From positions 1 through 30,371 of the forward strand of contig JANQIW010000095.1 of NCBI GenBank assembly GCA_028281945.1: a stretch of 30,371 nt of DNA. Reading direction: 5' to 3'. The notes under the pieces are model-generated. The model made no database searches and was not told where the DNA came from. It worked only from the letters and a program-made list of their open reading frames with translations. How positions within the stretch are numbered: the stretch's first letter is position 1; each line of letters starts with the position of its first letter. This DNA is from Prochloraceae cyanobacterium PL24a_bin.78. GTDB lineage: Bacteria > Cyanobacteriota > Cyanobacteriia > Cyanobacteriales > JANQIW01. Shown here piece after piece: positions 9,394 through 17,934 of the stretch. The position numbers and the translations under genes are program-made.

Positions 9394-10293
9394 ATTAAAA
9401 ATAATAAATTTTTATTATTAAGATAGTAACCAAGATTATTATCATTAATCCCATTTACTAGCTATATATTATATAGTTTATTATTTTAACTTAAAAACAT
9501 GAGACTACTTTAGTTTAATTTTTATCTTCAGCTAAGGAGATAATTGTATCTAAATTTATTATTGTATCTTAAATTGTCTTTTGATAAAATCTGTTAACAC
9601 TATCAATAATAACCATAAAATTATGATGTTTTATCCTCGTTTTTAAAACAAAATTTTCCTCTTTAATTTTTCTTTCAAGGCTGTTATAATCTATTCTTCA
9701 AGTTAAGAATTGTATGTATCATTATATTTCTACTGATTTTTGGAGTAATATTAATTGTTATTATCTTAATTCTTGTTACCAAAAATGTCGAGAAAATGCC
9801 TCTGTTAAATTTTTCTATAAAAGTTAAAATTAAAATTAGACGGAAATAAATCCTACGCAAGAAATAAACCAAACTTTTTTTTTGAAAATTTGTTATATCA
9901 AATGGTCTTTAACAACGATAGAGTTAAAAAATCCCAAATCCAGGATAATTAACCAAAATTTATTCTCCCCATTCTTCCCATTTTCTCCATTCTCCCCTCA
10001 ATATCTATCACTATTAAAGAGAAACGATATTAACCATGTGATGAATATGAGTTTTTGGTTGGCTTGCTTGTTTGATTTGTGATTACTAATTATGATTTTT
10101 AAATTTGATTAACCTGACTCACAAAAATTTTTACAAAAAAAAGATATAGATAAAAATACATTTATTCTTATCTTTTTATGTTTATAGATTTTAAATAACC
10201 TAAATCAATTAGAAACTTAATATTTTTCAGGTAAATTTGGGAAAAGAAAAAACTCGATTTGATCATCGACTTATGACTTAAATACAAATTAAA

Positions 10294-12144
10294 TCAAGAT
10301 TCTCCTTTAAGCAATAATTCCATTCCTTTTGCCGTTTCGGCTTGAATTTTTAATTCATTACCAATGTCATCAGTAAGTTTTTTTAACTCTTCTCCTAAAC
10401 CTTGTGGCAATAAAACTTGTGTACTTTGAGCCGTTGCCAAAATCCCTGCAACTTCCAATAAACGTTGCAATAAAAGATTACGAGCTTCTTCGCATTTTTC
10501 TAAACTTTTCAACCAACCTTGAGGTAATTGATTGTATTGTAAAGACTGAGTTTCTAAATAAGATAAAGTTCGATCTAATCCATCTAATTGAATTGCTGCA
10601 TCGGCAGATACTTTAAGCAAATTAGATACATATCCCACTATTTCTTCTCGTTGTTCGGGAGTTTTTCTGGTATCAAACCAAATTTGACTAATGCGGACAA
10701 TATCGCTAAATAAATTACGGGCTGTAGTAGAATTTAAATCTTCCATAATTTCTACCACAATTTCTTGGAGTTTGGAGGGTAATTTTGATTGACTAGGCCC
10801 CGGAGTAAGTAATGGTTTTCCTATAGATTGATGAGCCAACAATAACAATCCTATGGCAAATAGCCCACTAAAACCTCCACTGACAAAGGATCCTACTCCC
10901 AAAATCGCCCCTGTTAAACCGTAAAAATTCTGAGGAATTGCTTTCCAAAGTTGATTTTTACTTAAAGCACGTACATAAATTTGTTTTTTAGCTAATTCTT
11001 CTACTACTGAATTAACTTGAGAGTCATCGAGACACACTAATGCTTTAGTTCCTGAAATAGTTTCTTTTAAACCCTCTCGTTGTGGGGATAAATTAAACAA
11101 CGCTCTAATTTTATCTAGGTTTTTTTCTTGTTTATCTTTATCTCCGTGAAGAGATTCTAACAGCAAATAGGTGGAAGGTTTAGAGACTATTCCTTTGCAT
11201 CCAGGACATATAGAAATTCCTAAAAAGGTTTCTGTTCCACAAACTAGACATGAATGATTGGATTTCTTTAAAGATTTAGCCATTCCACTCTTATCTATCA
11301 AAGTAATTCCTTGGCTTTTATTTTCAGATAATGCTTCCTCAAATCTAGCTACACTAGAAAAGCGATCGTTAGGATTAGCACAAGTAGCTTTAGCAATTAC
11401 TTCATCCAACCAAAAAGGAACATCTAGGCAAATATCTTTGACATGACAGCCTAAAGCTGGAAACTTTCCATCTAATGGTCGGTAAATTTCACCTGTAAGG
11501 GCAAAATATAAAGTCATTCCTAATGCAAATATATCGCCTTTAGAATTAATTTCTTTGCCATCTAGTACTTCTGGTGGAGTATATAATCCATCAAACAACC
11601 GCTTTCTTTCATTTTTACTTAGTTGATGTTCTATTCTGATAGAGCCAAAGTCACTTAAACGAGAATAACCATTGGATTCTAGAAAAATATTATTAGGTTT
11701 AATATTTCCGTGAATTATACCACGTCTATGAGCGGCGGCTAAAGCAGAAGCTATTTGTATACCAATAGAAACTACTTTATCTGAGGGTAAAACTCCTTCT
11801 TGTTTGATTATGGTTTGCAGGTTAGTCCCATCAACTAACTCCATAATTATGAGACTGCGATCAACTAAATCCATAATTATGAGAGTTTGGGAGTCAAAAT
11901 CTATATAATCGTAAGTTTGGATAATGTGAGGATGATTAAGAGAACGAGCTGCTATAACCCTTTTCTTAGTTTTTTCTTTACCTATTTTTGCTAAAATAGG
12001 AGGAGGTATTAATTGTTTTACAGCCACATTTTGTTTCAATTGAATGTCTTCGGCTTTGTAAACAACAGAATACCTGCCTCGTCCAATCTCCTTGATAATG
12101 GAATAACGGTCTTGTATAACTGTTCCGGGAGCAAAATAATTCAT
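10294..12144 (-). CDS. Membrane-anchored Hanks-type Ser/Thr protein kinase homologue with HGN replacing the catalytic HRD (predicted pseudokinase), a zinc ribbon, one TM helix and a helical C-terminal domain
   Basis: 616 aa. Gly-loop 'IGRGRYSVVY', beta3 Lys 'VAVKQL', DFG 'SDFGS', 'YTPPE' and 'DIFALGMTLY' are all present. The catalytic loop reads 'IIHGNIKPNNIFL' where HRDLKPxN is expected (DNA GGAAAT where CGNGAY is expected). After the kinase come 'CLVCGTETFLGISICPGCKG' (CxxC...CxxC), a TM segment 'LTGAILGVGSFVSGGFSGLFAIGLLLLA', and about 190 aa of helical C-terminus. Confidence 0.8.
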   Translation of the reverse strand: MNYFAPGTVIQDRYSIIKEIGRGRYSVVYKAEDIQLKQNVAVKQLIPPPILAKIGKEKTKKRVIAARSLNHPHIIQTYDYIDFDSQTLIIMDLVDRSLIIMELVDGTNLQTIIKQEGVLPSDKVVSIGIQIASALAAAHRRGIIHGNIKPNNIFLESNGYSRLSDFGSIRIEHQLSKNERKRLFDGLYTPPEVLDGKEINSKGDIFALGMTLYFALTGEIYRPLDGKFPALGCHVKDICLDVPFWLDEVIAKATCANPNDRFSSVARFEEALSENKSQGITLIDKSGMAKSLKKSNHSCLVCGTETFLGISICPGCKGIVSKPSTYLLLESLHGDKDKQEKNLDKIRALFNLSPQREGLKETISGTKALVCLDDSQVNSVVEELAKKQIYVRALSKNQLWKAIPQNFYGLTGAILGVGSFVSGGFSGLFAIGLLLLAHQSIGKPLLTPGPSQSKLPSKLQEIVVEIMEDLNSTTARNLFSDIVRISQIWFDTRKTPEQREEIVGYVSNLLKVSADAAIQLDGLDRTLSYLETQSLQYNQLPQGWLKSLEKCEEARNLLLQRLLEVAGILATAQSTQVLLPQGLGEELKKLTDDIGNELKIQAETAKGMELLLKGES

Positions 12145-12156
12145 AGTCGAGTGAAT

Positions 12157-12777
12157 TTAGAACCGTTGCTGATTAAAAGCTTCAATATCTTCTAAAACTG
12201 TTAGAGCATTATTACGCCAACCATCATTATTGGAGTAAATACGAAGGAATCTTTCTAGATTTATTTCTGCTTCATAATAAGAACCTATCAGATATTCAAA
12301 CATACCAGCATGGTATAAAGCTATGTAATTGTTTGGTTGATATTCTAACACTAAATTCATAATAGGCCCTGCTGATTCTTCATCTCCAGCATCGGCGATG
12401 GGACTCGCTAGGTTAAATATTACTGAAGCTGCATATTCTTTATGTCTGTAACATGGTAATTTTTCGATTAATTCTCTAGCCTCATCAATTTTCCCTGCCA
12501 AAGCGTAGCATCCAGCGGCATATGCTCTGCCTTCAATGGTATTGGGGTGGGGGTTAGAAAGGATTGCTGTTGTTACTTCTACAGAATTGCATTGAGGTTT
12601 GATGGAATTAAACCATTTTTCCCCTCTTGAGATATTTCTGGAGTTGTCTCGATGGGATGATATTTCTTGCTTAGTATAGTTTGATCTTGTTTGTGTTTCT
12701 GGGATAAAAGGGCGAGCCGCTAATATCAATGTACAAAGTCCGAGATAGGTAAATCCTAATTTATAAAGTAAACGCAT
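12157..12777 (-). CDS. Secreted TPR-like / helical repeat protein
   Basis: 206 aa. Signal-peptide-like N-terminus 'MRLLYKLGFTYLGLCTLILAA', then Ala/Tyr-rich helical repeats ('AYAAGCYALAGKIDEARELIEKL', 'ALYHAGMFEYLIGSYYEAEINLERF'). Ends 12 bp upstream of the kinase start. Confidence 0.5.
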   Translation of the reverse strand: MRLLYKLGFTYLGLCTLILAARPFIPETQTRSNYTKQEISSHRDNSRNISRGEKWFNSIKPQCNSVEVTTAILSNPHPNTIEGRAYAAGCYALAGKIDEARELIEKLPCYRHKEYAASVIFNLASPIADAGDEESAGPIMNLVLEYQPNNYIALYHAGMFEYLIGSYYEAEINLERFLRIYSNNDGWRNNALTVLEDIEAFNQQRF

Positions 12778-12855
12778 AATTTTAATTGGCTGATTTTATT
12801 GCCGGGAAATAGCTTTTTTTTAGTATAGTCTATTTCTACCATAAGATAGTCTTTG

Positions 12856-15486
12856 TTAGTTCAAGTTCATTTTTTTTGTTATTTTGGGGACTATTTTTAA
12901 AATTGGTTTAGCATCAACTCCTAGATTTCTAGCTTCTTCAAATAATTTCTTGACAAGTTGACTGTATTCTTGGCGAGTTATTTTTTCTTTGGATGCTTCT
13001 GACATTAGTCTTGCTGTATATTCTTGCAATACTACTACTTTGTCTGAGGGTAAATCTGAGCTTATGTTTTCTACTATTTGAGCTAATCCTTCTAAGGCGG
13101 TATCTTTTTCATAGCGATTGGCTATTTCTATCATTAATTTGGCAAACCTAAAAAATAGAGGTTTAAATTTTAAACCTTCAAGCATTGTACAACTTGCTTT
13201 TGGTGGGCAAATTTCACTGAGGATATTTTGATCTACGTCTTCAACTCCTATGGCTAAAAAGTTTAGTTTCTCTTCTGCAAAAGCTTCTTGAATTTTTTCT
13301 GCTGATTGTTGCCAGTTGTCATCAAGAGTACTACCTGCAATGGTGATGATCCAAGGTTGATAGTGTTGAATATTTTGCTCTTTAAAAATCTTTTGACGAT
13401 CGTCAATTACCTTAAGTGCTAATTCTAATCCTTCTCCTATGGCTGTGGATCCTTCTAATTCGACTTCAGTGAGGTTATAGTTTGCATTATCAGTAAAAGG
13501 TTTAATGGTTTTTACTGGTGTACCAAAGGTTATAATTGCTACTTCGATACACTTATTAGTATTTGGATCATTGCTTAATTGTTCTTTAAATTTATTGATC
13601 CCTTTGATTAATTCTTCCTTATACTCTGTTGACATGGAATCAGACGTGTCTATCAGTAATACTACTAAACACTTAGGTAAAGCTTCTTTTAGTCGAGGCT
13701 GAGTATATTCTCCGTTGCTTGGTAATTGGGATTGATTTGATGAAGTATCAAGCATTGGGGTAACAAATGCTTCCAAAATTTCCGAGCGTCCACCATCAGA
13801 GTTTACTAAAACATGGGGGAGTTGAATATTTGACCAATTATTGATTTTTAGGTAATTAAAATAATTATGAACACCACCAAGAGCTTGAATTTTAGATTGA
13901 ATTGATTCTGCATCTGCTTGATCTTGATACCATTGTGCTTGTGCTTGATTTTTGGCAATTTGTATATTGTCTTGAGATTCATATAGTTTCTTTTGTCGAT
14001 CTGTTTGAAATTCAATTAATTCCTCTCTTTGTTTTGTGAAGGCTTCTTGTTCTATCAGTTTTCTACGTTTTTCTTCATTTTCGATTTTAACTTGATAGCT
14101 TTCTGTTTTTTGTCTTTCTATTTCTCGCTCAGTTAAAATCTTCTCAAGTTCCTCTGGTAAATCTATTTCATTAATTAATGTATTAACACCTATAATACCA
14201 TATGACTTTAAGCTTCTTTTTATATATCCTTTTACATTTTGTGCTATCGTATTTCTCGCAGAATGAAAGTCTATAGCTTTGAATTCTTGTGCTGCACTCC
14301 TAAAATAATAACTTATATTTGGTTCTAAAACTTTTTTAATCAAATTTCTCATGCGATCATATGGCTTGACTATATATTCTTTACTATTTTCAACTTTTTC
14401 TAAATCTAATCCTTGTGAATTAACAGAGACAATACTAGCAATCATCTTAGGAGCATTTTCTGGTAGTATTTGAATAATCTGGGTAAGTTCGATGTAAAAT
14501 TCAAATCCATCTTTGGAACGAAGGTTTAAAGGTTCGAGATTTAAATCATAGTTCATTGCAGTAGACTGAGACTCTTCTTTTTTTGACCAATCTAATGCTA
14601 TTTCGTTAGTAGGAACAAGATTTATCTTCTGTAGATAAGTATTTATAGGATATTTATTAGGTCGTAAAGGTTCTTTATGTATTCCTTTATATTCTTTATC
14701 TACTAAATACTCTTCACCATTTTTTAATTCTTTATCTTTTTTTGTCGTCTCCTTACAAGGAGGAGTTTTACCAACATAAGATATCACAACTCCTACTGTT
14801 CCAGTAGGAATTACTGTTAATGGAACTTTTTCTATTTTAACAAACCAAGGATTTAAATACCAGTTACCCACAGGAATTATTTCTTCTTGTAAACCTTTAC
14901 ACCCACCATTATCAATAAATGCTTGGGCATCTTGAAATTTGTTATGATCTTCTATACATGGACCTGCTATTTCGCCTTCTGGAATTGGTAGACCATCTTT
15001 AGTTGTAACAATGCCAATCATATCTGTTTCTATATGATAGACCTTTAAATCTTCTGGATTTACATTATGTTCTTTAGCATTGGCAGAAGTGATTACAGTA
15101 AAAAGTTTGGTATTAATTCTGTATGTTCCTGCTCTTAAGATTCCTAATTGTTCCCCTTTTTCCCCACCATTGGCTAAGAAAGCAACTCCATCTTGAAAAT
15201 CACTACAGGGAACTATTCTTCCTAAATTTTGTGTATAACTTTCTGCCTTTGTTTCTCCATCTTTAGCTACTACTAAACCAATTTCTCCTTGAGGAATTTC
15301 TATGGCAGGTACTATCTCAACTTCCATAAGCCAAGGACTATAAAAATGTGTACCAGGTGGAAGAATCTCTGCTTGATAACCAGTTTCCCCATTAGTAGCA
15401 ATTTGTTTTCCTGGTGGTAATTTAGAGCCAACTTTTTTATACTTAATTCCTACTTGGTTTGGTCCAATTTCAATGGTTTTTAACAT
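12856..15486 (-). CDS. SPFH/flotillin-like protein with triplicated N-terminal 'IPxGEIG..KDG' modules and a coiled coil, fused to a C-terminal von Willebrand factor A (vWA) domain
   Basis: 876 aa. SPFH-like 'GPNQVGIKYKK...ILPPGTHFYSPWLMEVEIV'. Three repeats: 'IPQGEIGLVVAKDG', 'IPEGEIAGPCIEDH' / 'IGIVTTKDG', 'IPTGTVGVVISYVG'. Flotillin-type EA-rich coiled coil 'ERQKTESYQVKIENEEKRRKLIEQEAFTKQREELIEFQTDRQKK'. vWA with a MIDAS 'LLIDTSDSM' (DxSxS), '...GSTAIGEGL' and 'IITIAGSTLDDN'. An extra helical tail of about 130 aa follows. Confidence 0.7.
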   Translation of the reverse strand: MLKTIEIGPNQVGIKYKKVGSKLPPGKQIATNGETGYQAEILPPGTHFYSPWLMEVEIVPAIEIPQGEIGLVVAKDGETKAESYTQNLGRIVPCSDFQDGVAFLANGGEKGEQLGILRAGTYRINTKLFTVITSANAKEHNVNPEDLKVYHIETDMIGIVTTKDGLPIPEGEIAGPCIEDHNKFQDAQAFIDNGGCKGLQEEIIPVGNWYLNPWFVKIEKVPLTVIPTGTVGVVISYVGKTPPCKETTKKDKELKNGEEYLVDKEYKGIHKEPLRPNKYPINTYLQKINLVPTNEIALDWSKKEESQSTAMNYDLNLEPLNLRSKDGFEFYIELTQIIQILPENAPKMIASIVSVNSQGLDLEKVENSKEYIVKPYDRMRNLIKKVLEPNISYYFRSAAQEFKAIDFHSARNTIAQNVKGYIKRSLKSYGIIGVNTLINEIDLPEELEKILTEREIERQKTESYQVKIENEEKRRKLIEQEAFTKQREELIEFQTDRQKKLYESQDNIQIAKNQAQAQWYQDQADAESIQSKIQALGGVHNYFNYLKINNWSNIQLPHVLVNSDGGRSEILEAFVTPMLDTSSNQSQLPSNGEYTQPRLKEALPKCLVVLLIDTSDSMSTEYKEELIKGINKFKEQLSNDPNTNKCIEVAIITFGTPVKTIKPFTDNANYNLTEVELEGSTAIGEGLELALKVIDDRQKIFKEQNIQHYQPWIITIAGSTLDDNWQQSAEKIQEAFAEEKLNFLAIGVEDVDQNILSEICPPKASCTMLEGLKFKPLFFRFAKLMIEIANRYEKDTALEGLAQIVENISSDLPSDKVVVLQEYTARLMSEASKEKITRQEYSQLVKKLFEEARNLGVDAKPILKIVPKITKKMNLN

Positions 15487-15583
15487 GATACCCTTCCTAA
15501 TGTTTTGTTAATATTTATCGTGATTTTCTTGAAATTTTACGCATTTAGTTTTAATGTTTTGATCAATTAATGTTAGTTAATAA

Positions 15584-16579
15584 TCAATTTCCATCAATTC
15601 TGCATTTTTCACATCGAGATAAAAAGCCTTTAAAATTCTCTCTCCAAATTCCTAACTCTTCCTCTTCATCTGGATCCTTAGCTATACTGAATTGTAATGA
15701 AGGTAGATGTCCTCGTCTTGCTTGTAAATCAAAGGTGAAATCTTCATGTTTGAGCCATTCTTCATTTTGATACCAACCTACTAGTTCACCGAATTGATAG
15801 TAAAGTATGGGATTAAATTCTCCTTTTTTTCCTCCGATACTCAACCAAAGATCTCTTTGAACACTAAAACCAAAATGCCCTTTTGATTTATTTAACCAAA
15901 GATTATTGATGATTTTGAGGTCTTTACAAGGAAAATTTTCTATATCTTTAGGCTTTAACCAACCTTCTTTCTCTCTTTTGGCTACTTTTAGGATAACTTT
16001 TGCTGTTTCTATATCTGCTTCTTTCCATTGTCCTGCTTCGAGATATTCTCGTAATTGTTCATAATTGCCGATTATTTTGTCTTGATTAGGTTTCCTATAA
16101 GTATCTTGATGTGGTTGATATCCTATAGTTTCATTGGGCATCTCTAAAATTTCTGCGTCATACTGGATTCTTTGATTTCTAGTAGAATGAGAGAAGTTTT
16201 CAATTTCGTTAATAAGATGATCTACTTCAAACAATTCATCCCTCAATCTTTGAGACGAAGAAATTTGAGGATTTGTCGTTCTTGGAGGAAGATAATTCCT
16301 ATCCTGAAAATTCCCATAACTATCATATTCTGGAGGATATTGTCTGGATTTTGTGGATGAATCTTTTGTTTCTGCTTCTTCTGCCATTTCTGCTTCTAAA
16401 AGCTGGATGTCTTTTTCGCATTCTTCTATTTCTTCATCTAATTCTTCTATTTCGATTTTTAAGTCTCCAATTAATTTCAGATTAGATCTATTTTTGGCAA
16501 TATCTTGTTTATATTGAGCACGTCTTCTTTTTAAAGTATCCCTCGTTTTTTTGAGAATTTCCAAAGTTTCTTTTGACAT
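15584..16579 (-). CDS. Coiled-coil protein with a C-terminal GUN4-like (porphyrin-binding) domain
   Basis: 331 aa. The N-terminal ~70 aa is a charged coiled coil (LKIEIEELDEEIEECEKDIQLLEAEMAEEAE). C-terminal 'LREYLEAGQWKEADIETAKVIL...DLKIINNLWLNKSKGHFGFSVQRDLWLSIGG...FGELVGWY...RRGHLPS' matches the GUN4 domain signature. Confidence 0.7.
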   Translation of the reverse strand: MSKETLEILKKTRDTLKRRRAQYKQDIAKNRSNLKLIGDLKIEIEELDEEIEECEKDIQLLEAEMAEEAETKDSSTKSRQYPPEYDSYGNFQDRNYLPPRTTNPQISSSQRLRDELFEVDHLINEIENFSHSTRNQRIQYDAEILEMPNETIGYQPHQDTYRKPNQDKIIGNYEQLREYLEAGQWKEADIETAKVILKVAKREKEGWLKPKDIENFPCKDLKIINNLWLNKSKGHFGFSVQRDLWLSIGGKKGEFNPILYYQFGELVGWYQNEEWLKHEDFTFDLQARRGHLPSLQFSIAKDPDEEEELGIWRENFKGFLSRCEKCRIDGN

Positions 16580-17022
16580 TTATTATCTCCAAATAGTTAT
16601 GTTATCGTGATTTTATCCAACTCCTCGATGGATAAATTTAAAATAGAATCTAGATACAATCTAATTTTAGCTGAAAAAATAGTCATTTAATAAAAGAGAA
16701 ATAAATTAACGATCGTCAAAATAGTTACAACCTTATAGATTCATTTCCATCGATAAAAGAGTGTCTATTTTTGTTGCTTTAATTAATTCCAAGAGTGTTA
16801 ACTCACCCATCTACTATTAATATAATAGGATAAACATGATATAAATAATTATTTATCATCAAGAAAGATCGATGGAGAATAACTTTGAAAAATCCATTAT
16901 CCTATCCAACAAAAGCCTTAAAGTAAGTTATAATATTTAGTATATAGTTATCCTAATATATCAACAGGATCATAACTTCTCTGTTATCAAATAATGTGTC
17001 TATTGAGTATAGTAATAAAACT

Positions 17023-17051
17023 TTGACATTTTGAAAAAAAACTGTTATAAT
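17023..17051 (+). promoter_or_regulatory. Perfect sigma70-consensus promoter TTGACA-N17-TATAAT
   Basis: TTGACA at 17023-17028, a 17-nt spacer, TATAAT at 17046-17051. It lies about 280 bp upstream of the pentapeptide gene start. Confidence 0.5.
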
Positions 17052-17263
17052 AGGATTTAAGACAAGGAATTAAGGGTTTTTGAAATGAAAAACTTTAGGA
17101 ATCCACTCGACCATATAGACAAGCGTATTTTCAGTATTACAAAAACTGTTGTTTAAAAAAAGTTATACATCAAGTCAAACATTAAACGAACACATAAACA
17201 AACATTAGTAAGAGAGAATTAAAAATAAGGAACAGGACTTACGGAAAAAGTAAGGCTAAATAC

Positions 17264-17292
17264 TATATCTAGGGTATTGTACTCTAGATATA
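17264..17292. promoter_or_regulatory. Perfect 9-bp inverted repeat TATATCTAG-N11-CTAGATATA (candidate operator)
   Basis: Found by reading the sequence. It sits about 40-65 bp upstream of ATG 17329. A third CTAG ('tctatctagaaa') lies just downstream. Confidence 0.45.
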
Positions 17293-17328
17293 ACTTTCTA
17301 TCTAGAAAATCAACCCAGAATTAAGGTA

Positions 17329-17826
17329 ATGAATGATCAAGAATTAACAGAATTAATTAATAAACAAATCGTAGCTGAAATCCGAAATAGATATATACAA
17401 GGAGAAAGAGATTTTCAGGGAGCACAATTACAAGGAATTAACTTAAGTGGATTGAATTTAGCTGGAGTAGATTTAAGAGGAGCAAACTTATCAAAAGCTA
17501 ATTTATCAGGAACAAATTTAAGGGGAGCAAAATTAGAAAAAGCAAATCTAAGATCAGCGAAATTAAATAAAACTTGTTTAGTAGAAGCTAATTTAGTCAA
17601 AACAGACTTAAGAGATGCTAATTTGATCGAAGCAAAATTAAATCGGGCAAATCTTAGAGAAGCTAACCTTAACAAGACTTTATTAATTGAGGCAAATCTT
17701 GATGAAGCTAATCTACAAGAAACACAACTGATTGGCTCTTACTTAATCAGAATTAGTGTAATGGGAGTACATTTTCAGGAAGCAGAATATCAAAAGCAAA
17801 TTCAATTACTGCAAAAAATTGTTTAA
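17329..17826 (+). CDS. Pentapeptide-repeat protein
   Basis: 165 aa with about 20 tandem A(D/N)LxX pentapeptides ('GANLSKANLSGTNLRGAKLEKANLRSAKLNKTCLVEANLVKTDLRDANL...'). Confidence 0.85.
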   Translation: MNDQELTELINKQIVAEIRNRYIQGERDFQGAQLQGINLSGLNLAGVDLRGANLSKANLSGTNLRGAKLEKANLRSAKLNKTCLVEANLVKTDLRDANLIEAKLNRANLREANLNKTLLIEANLDEANLQETQLIGSYLIRISVMGVHFQEAEYQKQIQLLQKIV

Positions 17827-17934
17827 AACTTAAAGTTATACCTAAATCAAACCTAAAATAGGCCTGAAGACAAACATCATGACTTGATAATAAAAGGGAA
17901 GAAAGAAATAAAATCAAAAAAATCAAGAAAAATC

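Noticed and set aside
9684-10082. Two short ORFs (9684-9872 minus, 9882-10082 plus) in the dnaB upstream spacer
   Set aside because: Extremely AT-rich, low-complexity translations ('PFSPFSP' comes from a pyrimidine repeat). No SD. More likely non-coding.
17415-17675. 86-aa minus-strand ORF inside the pentapeptide gene
   Set aside because: It is an antisense reading of the pentapeptide repeats (repetitive 'LASLKFA...'). The repeat-protein reading on the plus strand is far better supported.
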